64,000 bases of DNA from NCBI GenBank assembly GCA_051294905.1, contig CM119371.1:35094001-35158000 (forward strand), given 5' to 3'. Made by a program: the position numbers and the translations under genes. This document shows positions 15,001 through 29,100 of the stretch, piece after piece; position 1 is the stretch's first letter; each line of letters starts with the position of its first letter. Source of the DNA: Botryllus schlosseri. Its lineage: Eukaryota. The notes under the pieces are model-generated. The model was not told where the DNA came from and made no database searches. It was given only the letters and a program-made list of their open reading frames with translations.

Positions 15001-16880
15001 GATGAAATTCGACTCGAACTAGACGGTAGAATTGGCTAAAACTCGGTTCGATTATGCTTTGGGACAAGCCTCGACTCCTGTTCGTGGTTAAAAGTGGAGC
15101 ACTTGACTATAATAGAAATATCGGCGTCTTTAATCCGAGAGCTATACGTGTAATTTGGCGAAAGACGTTGGCCAGGTGATGATACTCGCGCTATTTCTCT
15201 GAAAAGTAGAGATGAAATTCGACTCGAACTAGACGGTAGAATTGGCTAAAACTCGGTTCGATTATGCTTTGGGACAAGCCTCGACTCCTGCACGTGGTTA
15301 AAAGTGGAGCACTTGTAAATAATAGAAATATCGGCGTCTTTAATCCGAGAGCTATACGTGTAATTTTGCGAAAGACGTTGGCCAGGTGATGATACTCGCG
15401 CAATTTCTCTGAAAAGTAGAGATGAAATTCGACTCGAACTAGACGGTAGAATTGGCTAAAACTAGGTTCGATTATGCTTTGGGACAAGACTCGACTCCTG
15501 TACGTGGTTAAAAGTGGAGGACTTGTCTATAATAGAAATATCGGCGTCTTTAATCCGAGAGCTATACGTGTAATTTTGCGAAAGACGTTGGTCAGGTGAT
15601 GATACTCGCGCAATTTCTCTGAAAAGTAGAGATGAAATTCGACTCGAACTAGACGGTAGAATTGGCTAAAACTCGGTTCGATTATGCTTTGGGACAAGCC
15701 TCGACTCCTGTACGTGGTTAAAAGTGGAGCACTTGTCTATGATGGAAATATCGGCGTCTTTAATCCGAGAGCTATACGTGTAACTTTGCGAAAGACGTTT
15801 GCCAGGTGATGATAATCGCGCAATTTCTCTGAGAAGTAGAGATGAAATTCGACTCGAACTAGACGGTAGAATTGGCTAAAACTCGGTTCGATTATGCTTT
15901 GGGACAAGCCTCGACTCCTGAACATGGTTAAAAGTGGAGCACTTGTCTGTGATAGAAATATCGGCGTCTTTAATCCGAGAGCTATACGTGTAATTTTGCG
16001 AAAGACGTTGGCCAGGTGATGATACTCGCGCAATTTCTCTGAAAAGTAGAGATGAAATTCGACTCGAACTAAACGGTAGAATTGGCTAAAACTAGGTTCG
16101 ATTATGCTTTAGGACAAGACTCGACTCCTGTACGTGGTTAAAAGTGGAGCACTTGTCTATAATAGAAATATCGGCGTCTTTAATCCGAGAGCTATACGTG
16201 TAATTTTGCGAAAGACGTTGGCCAGGTGATGATACTCGCGCTATTTCTCTGAAAAGTAGAGATGAAATTCGACTCGAACTAGACGGTAGAATTGGCTAAA
16301 ACTCGGTTCGATTATGCTTTTGGACAAGCCTCGACTCCTGCACGTGGTTAAAAGTGGAGCACTTGTCAATAATAGAAATATCGGCGTCTTTAATCCGAGA
16401 GCTATACGTGTAATTTTGCGAAAGACGTTGGCCAGGTGATGATACTCGCGCAATTTCTCTGAAAAGTAGAGGTGAAATTCGACTCGAACTAGACGTTAGA
16501 ATTGGCTAAAACTCGGTTCGGTTATGCTTTGGGACAAGACTCGACTCCTGAACGTGGTTAAAAGTGGAGCACTTGTATATGATAGAAATATCGGCGTCTT
16601 TAATCCGAGAGCTATACGTGTAACTTTGCGAAAGACGTTGGCCAGGTGATGATACTCGCGCAATTTCTCTGAAAAGTAGAGATGAAATTCGACTCGAACT
16701 AGATGGTAGAATTGGCTAAAACTAGGTTCGATTATGCTTTGGGACAAGACTCGACTCCTGTACGTGGTTAAAAGTGGAGCACTTGTCTTTAATAGAAATA
16801 TCGGCGTCTTTAATCCGAGAGCTATACGTGTAATTTTGCGAAAGACGTTAACCAGGTGATGATACTCGCGCAATTTCTCT

Positions 16881-19800
16881 GAAAAGTAGAGATGAAATTC
16901 GACTCGAACTAGACGGTAGAATTGGCTAAAACTCGGTTCGATTATGCTTTGGGACAAGCCTCGACTCCTGTTCGTGGTTAAAAGTGGAGCACTTGACTAT
17001 AATAGAAATATCGGCGTCTTTAATCCGAGAGCTATACGTGTAATTTGGCGAAAGACGTTGGCCAGGTGATGATACTCGCGCTATTTCTCTGAAAAGTAGA
17101 GATGAAATTCGACTCGAACTAGACGGTAGAATTGGCTAAAACTCGGTTCGATTATGCTTTGGGACAAGCCTCGACTCCTGCACGTGGTTAAAAGTGGAGC
17201 ATTTGTAAATAATAGAAATATCGGCGTCTTTAATCCGAGAGCTATACGTGTAATTTTGCGAAAGACGTTGGCCAGGTGATGATACTCGCGCAATTTCTCT
17301 GAAAAGTAGAGATGAAATTCGACTCGAACTAGACGGTAGAATTGGCTAAAACTAGGTTCGATTATGCTTTGGGACAAGACTCGACTCCTGTACGTGGTTA
17401 AAAGTGGAGGACTTGTCTATAATAGAAATATCGGCGTCTTTAATCCGAGAGCTATACGTGTAATTTTGCGAAAGACGTTGGTCAGGTGATGATACTCGCG
17501 CAATTTCTCTGAAAAGTAGAGATGAAATTCGACTCGAACTAGACGGTAGAATTGGCTAAAACTCGGTTCGATTATGCTTTGGGACAAGCCTCGACTCCTG
17601 TACGTGGTTAAAAGTGGAGCACTTGTCTATGATGGAAATATCGGCGTCTTTAATCCGAGAGCTATACGTGTAACTTTGCGAAAGACGTTTGCCAGGTGAT
17701 GATAATCGCGCTATTTCTCTGAAAAGTAGAGATGAAATTCGACTCGAACTAGACGGTAGAATTGGCTAAAACTCGGTTCGATTATGCTTTGGGACAAGCC
17801 TCGACTCCTGAACATGGTTAAAAGTGGAGCACTTGTCTATGATAGAAATATCGGCGTCTTTAATCCGAGAGCTATACGTGTAATTTTGCGAAAGACGTTG
17901 GCCAGGTGATGATACTCGCGCAATTTCTCTGAAAAGTAGAGATGAAATTCGACTCGAACTAGACGGTAGAATTGGCTAAAACTAGGTTCGATTATGCTTT
18001 AGGACAAGACTCGACTCCTGTACGTGGTTAAAAGTGGAGCACTTGTCTATAATAGAATTATCGGCGTCTTTAATCCGAGAGCTATACGTGTAATTTTGCG
18101 AAAGACGTTGGCCAGGTGATGATACTCGCGCTATTTCTCTGAAAAGTAGAGATGAAATTCGACTCGAACTAGACGGAAAAATTGGCTAAAACTCGGTTCG
18201 ATTATGCTTTGGGACAAATCTCGACTCCTGCACGTGGTTAAAAGTGGAGCACTTGTCAATAATAGAAATATCGGCGTCTTTAATCCGAGAGCTATACGTG
18301 TAATTTTGCGAAAGACGTTGGCCAGGTGATGATACTCGCGCTATTTCTCTGAAAAGTAGAGATGAAATTCGACTCGAACTAAACGGTAGAATTGGCTAAA
18401 ACTAGGTTCGATTATGCTTTGGGACAAGACTCGACTCCTGTACGTGGTTAAAAGTGGAGCACTTGTCTATAATAGAAATATCGGCGTCTTTAATCCGAGA
18501 GCTATACGTGTAATTTTGCGAAAGACGTTGGCCAGGTGATGATACTCGCGCTATTTCTCTGAAAAGTAGAGATGAAATTACACTCGAACTAGACGGTAGA
18601 ATTGGCTAAAACTCGGTTCGATTATGCTTTTGGACAAGCCTCGACTCCTGCACGTGGTTAAAAGTGGAGCACTTGTCAATAATAGAAATATCGGCGTCTT
18701 TAATCCGAGAGCTATACGTGTAATTTTGCGAAAGACGTTGGCCAGGTGATGATACTCGCGCTATTTCTCTGAAAAGTAGAGATGAAATTCGACTCGAACT
18801 AGACTGAAGAATTGGCTAAAACTCGGTTCGATTATGCTTTGGGACAAATCTCGACTCCTGCACGTGGTTAAAAGTGGAGCACTTGTCAATAATAGAAATA
18901 TCGGCGTCTTTAATCCGAGAGCTATACGTGTAATTTTGCGAAAGACGTTGGCCAGGTGATGATACTCGCGCTATTTCTCTGAAAAGTAGAGATGAAATTC
19001 GACTCGAACTAGACGGTAGAATTGGCTAAAACTCGGTTCGATTATGCTTTGGGACAAGCCTCGACTCCTGTTCGTGGTTAAAAGTGGAGCACTTGACTAT
19101 AATAGAAATATCGGCGTCTTTAATCCGAGAGCTATACGTGTAATTTGGCGAAAGACGTTGGCCAGGTGATGATACTCGCGCTATTTCTCTGAAAAGTAGA
19201 GATGAAATTCGACTCGAACTAGACGGTAGAATTGGCTAAAACTCGGTTCGATTATGCTTTGGGACAAGCCTCGACTCCTGCACGTGGTTAAAAGTGGAGC
19301 ACTTGTAAATAATAGAAATATCGGCGTCTTTAATCCGAGAGCTATACGTGTAATTTTGCGAAAGACGTTGGCCAGGTGATGATACTCGCGCAATTTCTCT
19401 GAAAAGTAGAGATGAAATTCGACTCGAACTAGACGGTAGAATTGGCTAAAACTAGGTTCGATTATGCTTTGGGACAAGACTCGACTCCTGTACGTGGTTA
19501 AAAGTGGAGGACTTGTCTATAATAGAAATATCGGCGTCTTTAATCCGAGAGCTATACGTGTAATTTTGCGAAAGACGTTGGTCAGGTGATGATACTCGCG
19601 CAATTTCTCTGAAAAGTAGAGATGAAATTCGACTCGAACTAGACGGTAGAATTGGCTAAAACTCGGTTCGATTATGCTTTGGGACAAGCCTCGACTCCTG
19701 TACGTGGTTAAATGTGGAGCACTTGTCTATGATGGAAATATCGGCGTCTTTAATCCGAGAGCTATACGTGTAACTTTGCGAAAGACGTTTGCCAGGTGAT

Positions 19801-22800
19801 GATAATCGCGCTATTTCTCTGAAAAGTAGAGATGAAATTAGACTCGAACTAGACGGTAGAATTGGCTAAAACTCGGTTCGATTATGCTTTGGGACAAGCC
19901 TCGACTCCTGAACATGGTTAAAAGTGGAGCACTTGTCTATGATAGAAATATCGGCGTCTTTAATCCGAGAGCTATACGTGTAATTTTGCGAAAGACGTTG
20001 GCCAGGTGATGATACTCGCGCAATTTCTCTGAAAAGTAGAGATGAAATTCGACTCGAACTAGACGGTAGAATTGGCTAAAACTAGGTTCGATTATGCTTT
20101 AGGACAAGACTCGACTCCTGTACGTGGTTAAAAGTGGAGCACTTGTCTATAATAGAATTATCGGCGTCTTTAATCCGAGAGCTATACGTGTAATTTTGCG
20201 AAAGACGTTGGCCAGGTGATGATACTCGCGCTATTTCTCTGAAAAGTAGAGATGAAATTCGACTCGAACTAGACGGAAAAATTGGCTAAAACTCGGTTCG
20301 ATTATGCTTTGGGACAAATCTCGACTCCTGCACGTGGTTAAAAGTGGAGCACTTGTCAATAATAGAAATATCGGCGTCTTTAATCCGAGAGCTATACGTG
20401 TAATTTTGCGAAAGACGTTGGCCAGGTGATGATACTCGCGCTATTTCTCTGAAAAGTAGAGATGAAATTCGACTCGAACTAAACGGTAGAATTGGCTAAA
20501 ACTAGGTTCGATTATGCTTTGGGACAAGACTCGACTCCTGTACGTGGTTAAAAGTGGAGCACTTGTCTATAATAGAAATATCGGCGTCTTTAATCCGAGA
20601 GCTATACGTGTAATTTTGCGAAAGACGTTGGCCAGGTGATGATACTCGCGCTATTTCTCTGAAAAGTAGAGATGAAATTACACTCGAACTAGACGGTAGA
20701 ATTGGCTAAAACTCGGTTCGATTATGCTTTTGGACAAGCCTCGACTCCTGCACGTGGTTAAAAGTGGAGCACTTGTCAATAATAGAAATATCGGCGTCTT
20801 TAATCCGAGAGCTATACGTGTAATTTTGCGAAAGACGTTGGCCAGGTGATGATACTCGCGCTATTTCTCTGAAAAGTAGAGATGAAATTCGACTCGAACT
20901 AGACTGAAGAATTGGCTAAAACTCGGTTCGATTATGCTTTGGGACAAATCTCGACTCCTGCACGTGGTTAAAAGTGGAGCACTTGTCAATAATAGAAATA
21001 TCGGCGTCTTTAATCCGAGAGCTATACGTGTAATTTTGCGAAAGACGTTGGCCAGGTGATGATACTCGCGCTATTTCTCTGAAAAGTAGAGATGAAATTC
21101 GACTCGAACTAGACGGTAGAATTGGCTAAAACTCGGTTCGATTATGCTTTGGGACAAGCCTCGACTCCTGTTCGTGGTTAAAAGTGGAGCACTTGACAAT
21201 AATAGAAATATCGGCGTCTTTAATCCGAGAGCTATACGTGTAATTTGGCGAAAGACGTTGGCCAGGTGATGATACTCGCGCTATTTCTCTGAAAAGTAGA
21301 GATGAAATTCGACTCGAACTAGACGGTAGAATTGGCTAAAACTCGGTTCGATTATGCTTTGGGACAAGCCTCGACTCCTGCACGTGGTTAAAAGTGGAGC
21401 ACTTGTAAATAATAGAAATATCGGCGTCTTTAATCCGAGAGCTATACGTGTAATTTTGCGAAAGACGTTGGCCAGGTGATGATACTCGCGCAATTTCTCT
21501 GAAAAGTAGAGATGAAATTCGACTCGAACTAGACGGTAGAATTGGCTAAAACTAGGTTCGATTATGCTTTGGGACAAGACTCGACTCCTGTACGTGGTTA
21601 AAAGTGGAGGACTTGTCTATAATAGAAATATCGGCGTCTTTAATCCGAGAGCTATACGTGTAATTTTGCGAAAGACGTTGGTCAGGTGATGATACTCACG
21701 CAATTTCTCTGAAAAGTAGAGATGAAATTCGACTCGAACTAGACGGTAGAATTGGCTAAAACTCGGTTCGATTATGCTTTGGGACAAGCCTCGACTCCTG
21801 TACGTGGTTAAATGTGGAGCACTTGTCTATGATGGAAATATCGGCGTCTTTAATCCGAGAGCTATACGTGTAACTTTGCGAAAGACGTTTGCCAGGTGAT
21901 GATAATCGCGCTATTTCTCTGAAAAGTAGAGATGAAATTAGACTCGAACTAGACGGTAGAATTGGCTAAAACTCGGTTCGATTATGCTTTGGGACAAGCC
22001 TCGACTCCTGAACATGGTTAAAAGTGGAGCACTTGTCTATGATAGAAATATCGGCGTCTTTAATCCGAGAGCTATACGTGTAATTTTGCGAAAGACGTTG
22101 GCCAGGTGATGATACTCGCGCAATTTCTCTGAAAAGTAGAGATGAAATTCGACTCGAACTAGACGGTAGAATTGGCTAAAACTAGGTTCGATTATGCTTT
22201 AGGACAAGACTCGACTCCTGTACGTGGTTAAAAGTGGAGCACTTGTCTATAATAGAATTATCGGCGTCTTTAATCCGAGAGCTATACGTGTAATTTTGCG
22301 AAAGACGTTGGCCAGGTGATGATACTCGCGCTATTTCTCTGAAAAGTAGAGATGAAATTCGACTCGAACTAGACGGAAAAATTGGCTAAAACTCGGTTCG
22401 ATTATGCTTTGGGACAAATCTCGACTCCTGCACGTGGTTAAAAGTGGAGCACTTGTCAATAATAGAAATATCGGCGTCTTTAATCCGAGAGCTATACGTG
22501 TAATTTTGCGAAAGACGTTGGCCAGGTGATGATACTCGCGCTATTTCTCTGAAAAGTAGAGATGAAATTCGACTCGAACTAAACGGTAGAATTGGCTAAA
22601 ACTAGGTTCGATTATGCTTTGGGACAAGACTCGACTCCTGTACGTGGTTAAAAGTGGAGCACTTGTCTATAATAGAAATATCGGCGTCTTTAATCCGAGA
22701 GCTATACGTGTAATTTTGCGAAAGACGTTGGCCAGGTGATGATACTCGCGCTATTTCTCTGAAAAGTAGAGATGAAATTACACTCGAACTAGACGGTAGA

Positions 22801-23130
22801 ATTGGCTAAAACTCGGTTCGATTATGCTTTTGGACAAGCCTCGACTCCTGCACGTGGTTAAAAGTGGAGCACTTGTCAATAATAGAAATATCGGCGTCTT
22901 TAATCCGAGAGCTATACGTGTAATTTTGCGAAAGACGTTGGCCAGGTGATGATACTCGCGCTATTTCTCTGAAAAGTAGAGATGAAATTCGACTCGAACT
23001 AGACTGAAGAATTGGCTAAAACTCGGTTCGATTATGCTTTGGGACAAATCTCGACTCCTGCACGTGGTTAAAAGTGGAGCACTTGTCAATAATAGAAATA
23101 TCGGCGTCTTTAATCCGAGAGCTATACGTG
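16881..23130. repeat. About 3 tandem copies of a 10-monomer (2100 bp) higher-order repeat
   Basis: Rare variants recur every 2100 bp: AAAGTGGAGG at 17401/19501/21601, AATAGAATTA at 18051/20151/22251, AGACGGAAAA at 18171/20271/22371. Boundaries are approximate. Confidence 0.9.
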
Positions 23131-26100
23131 TAATTTGGCGAAAGACGTTTGCCAGGTGATGATAATCGCGCAATTTCTCTGAAAAGTAGAGATGAAATTC
23201 GACTCGAACTAGACGGTAGAATTGGCTAAAACTCTGTTCGATTATGCTTTGGGACAAGCCTCGACTCCTGCACGTGGTTAAAAGTGGAGCACTTGTCAAT
23301 AATAGAAATATCGGCGTCTTTAATCCGAGAGCTATACGTGTAATTTTGCGAAAGACGTTGGCCAGGTGATGATACTCGCGCTATTTCTCTGAAAAGTAGA
23401 GATGAAATTCGACTCGAACTAAACGGTAGAATTGGCTAAAACTAGGTTCGATTATGCTTTGGGACAAGACTCGACTCCTGTACGTGGTTAAAAGTGGAGC
23501 ACTTGTCTATAATAGAAATATCGGCGTCTTTAATCCGAGAGCTATACGTGTAATTTTGCGAAAGACGTTGGCCAGGTGATGATACTCGCGCTATTTCTCT
23601 GAAAAGTAGAGATGAAATTACACTCGAACTAGACGGTAGAATTGGCTAAAACTCGGTTCGATTATGCTTTTGGACAAGCCTCGACTCCTGCACGTGGTTA
23701 AAAGTGGAGCACTTGTCAATAATAGAAATATCGGCGTCTTTAATCCGAGAGCTATACGTGTAATTTTGCGAAAGACGTTGGCCAGGTGATGATACTCGCG
23801 CTATTTCTCTGAAAAGTAGAGATGAAATTCGACTCGAACTAGACTGAAGAATTGGCTAAAACTCGGTTCGATTATGCTTTGGGACAAATCTCGACTCCTG
23901 CACGTGGTTAAAAGTGGAGCACTTGTCAATAATAGAAATATCGGCGTCTTTAATCCGAGAGCTATACGTGTAATTTTGCGAAAGACGTTGGCCAGGTGAT
24001 GATACTCGCGCTATTTCTCTGAAAAGTAGAGATGAAATTCGACTCGAACTAGACGGTAGAATTGGCTAAAACTCGGTTCGATTATGCTTTGGGACAAGCC
24101 TCGACTCCTGTTCGTGGTTAAAAGTGGAGCACTTGACAATAATAGAAATATCGGCGTCTTTAATCCGAGAGCTATACGTGTAATTTGGCGAAAGACGTTG
24201 GCCAGGTGATGATACTCGCGCTATTTCTCTGAAAAGTAGAGATGAAATTCGACTCGAACTAGACGGTAGAATTGGCTAAAACTCGGTTCGATTATGCTTT
24301 GGGACAAGCCTCGACTCCTGCACGTGGTTAAAAGTGGAGCACTTGTAAATAATAGAAATATCGGCGTCTTTAATCCGAGAGCTATACGTGTAATTTTGCG
24401 AAAGACGTTGGCCAGGTGATGATACTCGCGCAATTTCTCTGAAAAGTAGAGATGAAATTCGACTCGAACTAGACGGTAGAATTGGCTAAAACTAGGTTCG
24501 ATTATGCTTTGGGACAAGACTCGACTCCTGTACGTGGTTAAAAGTGGAGGACTTGTCTATAACAGAAATATCGGCGTCTTTAATCCGAGAGCTATACGTG
24601 TAATTTGGCGAAAGACGTTGGCCAGGTGATGATACTCGCGCTATTTCTCTGAAAAGTAGAGATGAAATTCGACTCGAACTAGACGGTAGAATTGGCTAAA
24701 ACTCGGTTCGATTATGCTTTGGGACAAGCCTCGACTCCTGCACGTGGTTAAAAGTGGAGCACTTGTAAATAATAGAAATATCGGCGTCTTTAATCCGAGA
24801 GCTATACGTGTAATTTTGCGAAAGACGTTGGCCAGGTGATGATACTCGCGCAATTTCTCTGAAAAGTAGAGATGAAATTCGACTCGAACTAGACGGTAGA
24901 ATTGGCTAAAACTCGGTTCGATTATGCTTTGGGACAAGCCTCGACTCCTGCACGTGGTTAAAAGTGGAGCACTTGTAAATAATAGAAATATCGGCGTCTT
25001 TAATCCGAGAGCTATACGTGTAATTTTGCGAAAGACGTTGGCCAGGTGATGATACTCGCGCTATTTCTCTGAAAAGTAGAGATGAAATTACACTCGAACT
25101 AGACGGTAGAATTGGCTAAAACTAGGTTCGATTATGCTTTTGGACAAGCCTCGACTCCTGCACGTGGTTAAAAGTGGAGCACTTGTCAATAATAGAAATA
25201 TCGGCGTCTTCAATCCGAGAGCTATACGTGTAACTTTGCGAAAGACGTTGGCCAGGTGTTGATACTCGCGCAATTTCTCTGAAAAGTAGAGATGAAATTC
25301 CACTCGAACTAGATGGTAGAATTGGCTAAAACTAGGTTCGATTATGCTTTGGGACAAGACTCGACTCCTGTACGTGGTTAAAAGTGGAGCACTTGTCTTT
25401 AATAGAAATATCGGCGTCTTTAATCCGAGAGCTATACGTGTAATTTTGCGAAAGACGTTAACCAAGTGATGATACTCGCGCAATTTCTCTGAAAAGTAGA
25501 GATGAAATTCGACTCGAACTAGACGGAAGAATTGGCTAAAACTCGGTTCGATTATGCTTTGGGACAAATCTCGACTCCTGCACGTGGTTAAAAGTGGAGC
25601 ACTTGTCAATAATAGAAATATCGGCGTCTTTAATCCGAGAGCTATACGTGTAATTTTGCGAAAGACGTTGGCCAGGTGATGATACTCGCGCTATTTCTCT
25701 GAAAAGTAGAGATGAAATTCGACTCGAACTAAACGGTAGAATTGGCTAAAACTAGGTTCGATTATGCTTTGGGACAAGACTCGACTCCTGTACGTGGTTA
25801 AAAGTGGAGCACTTGTCTATAATAGAAATATCGGCGTCTTTAATCCGAGAGCTATACGTGTAATTTTGCGAAAGACGTTGGCCAGGTGATGATACTCGCG
25901 CTATTTCTCTGAAAAGTAGAGATGAAATTACACTCGAACTAGACGGTAGAATTGGCTAAAACTCGGTTCGATTATGCTTTTGGACAAGCCTCGACTCCTG
26001 CACGTGGTTAAAAGTGGAGCACTTGTCAATAATAGAAATATCGGCGTCTTTAATCCGAGAGCTATACGTGTAATTTTGCGAAAGACGTTGGCCAGGTGAT

Positions 26101-29100
26101 GATACTCGCGCTATTTCTCTGAAAAGTAGAGATGAAATTCGACTCGAACTAGACTGAAGAATTGGCTAAAACTCGGTTCGATTATGCTTTGGGACAAATC
26201 TCGACTCCTGCACGTGGTTAAAAGTGGAGCACTTGTCAATAATAGAAATATCGGCGTCTTTAATCCGAGAGCTATACGTGTAATTTTGCGAAAGACGTTG
26301 GCCAGGTGATGATACTCGCGCTATTTCTCTGAAAAGTAGAGATGAAATTCGACTCGAACTAGACGGTAGAATTGGCTAAAACTCGGTTCGATTATGCTTT
26401 GGGACAAGCCTCGACTCCTGTTCGTGGTTAAAAGTGGAGCACTTGACTATAATAGAAATATCGGCGTCTTTAATCCGAGAGCTATACGTGTAATTTGGCG
26501 AAAGACGTTGGCCAGGTGATGATACTCGCGCTATTTCTCTGAAAAGTAGAGATGAAATTCGACTCGAACTAGACGGTAGAATTGGCTAAAACTCGGTTCG
26601 ATTATGCTTTGGGACAAGCCTCGACTCCTGCACGTGGTTAAAAGTGGAGCACTTGTAAATAATAGAAATATCGGCGTCTTTAATCCGAGAGCTATACGTG
26701 TAATTTTGCGAAAGACGTTGGCCAGGTGATGATACTCGCGCAATTTCTCTGAAAAGTAGAGATGAAATTCGACTCGAACTAGACGGTAGAATTGGCTAAA
26801 ACTAGGTTCGATTATGCTTTGGGACAAGACTCGACTCCTGTACGTGGTTAAAAGTGGAGGACTTGTCTATAATAGAAATATCGGCGTCTTTAATCCGAGA
26901 GCTATACGTGTAATTTTGCGAAAGACGTTGGTCAGGTGATGATACTCGCGCAATTTCTCTGAAAAGTAGAGATGAAATTCGACTCGAACTAGACGGTAGA
27001 ATTGGCTAAAACTCGGTTCGATTATGCTTTGGGACAAGCCTCGACTCCTGTACGTGGTTAAATGTGGAGCACTTGTCTATGATGGAAATATCGGCGTCTT
27101 TAATCCGAGAGCTATACGTGTAACTTTGCGAAAGACGTTTGCCAGGTGATGATAATCGCGCTATTTCTCTGAAAAGTAGAGATGAAATTAGACTCGAACT
27201 AGACGGTAGAATTGGCTAAAACTCGGTTCGATTATGCTTTGGGACAAGCCTCGACTCCTGAACATGGTTAAAAGTGGAGCACTTGTCTATGATAGAAATA
27301 TCGGCGTCTTTAATCCGAGAGCTATACGTGTAATTTTGCGAAAGACGTTGGCCAGGTGATGATACTCGCGCAATTTCTCTGAAAAGTAGAGATGAAATTC
27401 GACTCGAACTAGACGGTAGAATTGGCTAAAACTAGGTTCGATTATGCTTTAGGACAAGACTCGACTCCTGTACGTGGTTAAAAGTGGAGCACTTGTCTAT
27501 AATAGAATTATCGGCGTCTTTAATCCGAGAGCTATACGTGTAATTTTGCGAAAGACGTTGGCCAGGTGATGATACTCGCGCTATTTCTCTGAAAAGTAGA
27601 GATGAAATTCGACTCGAACTAGACGGAAAAATTGGCTAAAACTCGGTTCGATTATGCTTTGGGACAAATCTCGACTCCTGCACGTGGTTAAAAGTGGAGC
27701 ACTTGTCAATAATAGAAATATCGGCGTCTTTAATCCGAGAGCTATACGTGTAATTTTGCGAAAGACGTTGGCCAGGTGATGATACTCGCGCTATTTCTCT
27801 GAAAAGTAGAGATGAAATTCGACTCGAACTAAACGGTAGAATTGGCTAAAACTAGGTTCGATTATGCTTTGGGACAAGACTCGACTCCTGTACGTGGTTA
27901 AAAGTGGAGCACTTGTCTATAATAGAAATATCGGCGTCTTTAATCCGAGAGCTATACGTGTAATTTTGCGAAAGACGTTGGCCAGGTGATGATACTCGCG
28001 CTATTTCTCTGAAAAGTAGAGATGAAATTACACTCGAACTAGACGGTAGAATTGGCTAAAACTCGGTTCGATTATGCTTTTGGACAAGCCTCGACTCCTG
28101 CACGTGGTTAAAAGTGGAGCACTTGTCAATAATAGAAATATCGGCGTCTTTAATCCGAGAGCTATACGTGTAATTTTGCGAAAGACGTTGGCCAGGTGAT
28201 GATACTCGCGCTATTTCTCTGAAAAGTAGAGATGAAATTCGACTCGAACTAGACTGAAGAATTGGCTAAAACTCGGTTCGATTATGCTTTGGGACAAATC
28301 TCGACTCCTGCACGTGGTTAAAAGTGGAGCACTTGTCAATAATAGAAATATCGGCGTCTTTAATCCGAGAGCTATACGTGTAATTTTGCGAAAGACGTTG
28401 GCCAGGTGATGATACTCGCGCTATTTCTCTGAAAAGTAGAGATGAAATTCGACTCGAACTAGACGGTAGAATTGGCTAAAACTCGGTTCGATTATGCTTT
28501 GGGACAAGCCTCGACTCCTGTTCGTGGTTAAAAGTGGAGCACTTGACAATAATAGAAATATCGGCGTCTTTAATCCGAGAGCTATACGTGTAATTTGGCG
28601 AAAGACGTTGGCCAGGTGATGATACTCGCGCTATTTCTCTGAAAAGTAGAGATGAAATTCGACTCGAACTAGACTGAAGAATTGGCTAAAACTCGGTTCG
28701 ATTATGCTTTGGGACAAATCTCGACTCCTGCACGTGGTTAAAAGTGGAGCACTTGTCAATAATAGAAATATCGGCGTCTTTAATCCGAGAGCTATACGTG
28801 TAATTTTGCGAAAGACGTTGGCCAGGTGATGATACTCGCGCTATTTCTCTGGAAAGTAGAGATGAAATTCGACTCGAACTAGACGGTAGAATTGGCTAAA
28901 ACTCGGTTCGATTATGCTTTGGGACAAGCCTCGACTCCTGTTCGTGGTTAAAAGTGGAGCACTTGACAATAATAGAAATATCGGCGTCTTTAATCCGAGA
29001 GCTATACGTGTAATTTGGCGAAAGACGTTGGCCAGGTGATGATACTCGCGCTATTTCTCTGAAAAGTAGAGATGAAATTCGACTCGAACTAGACGGTAGA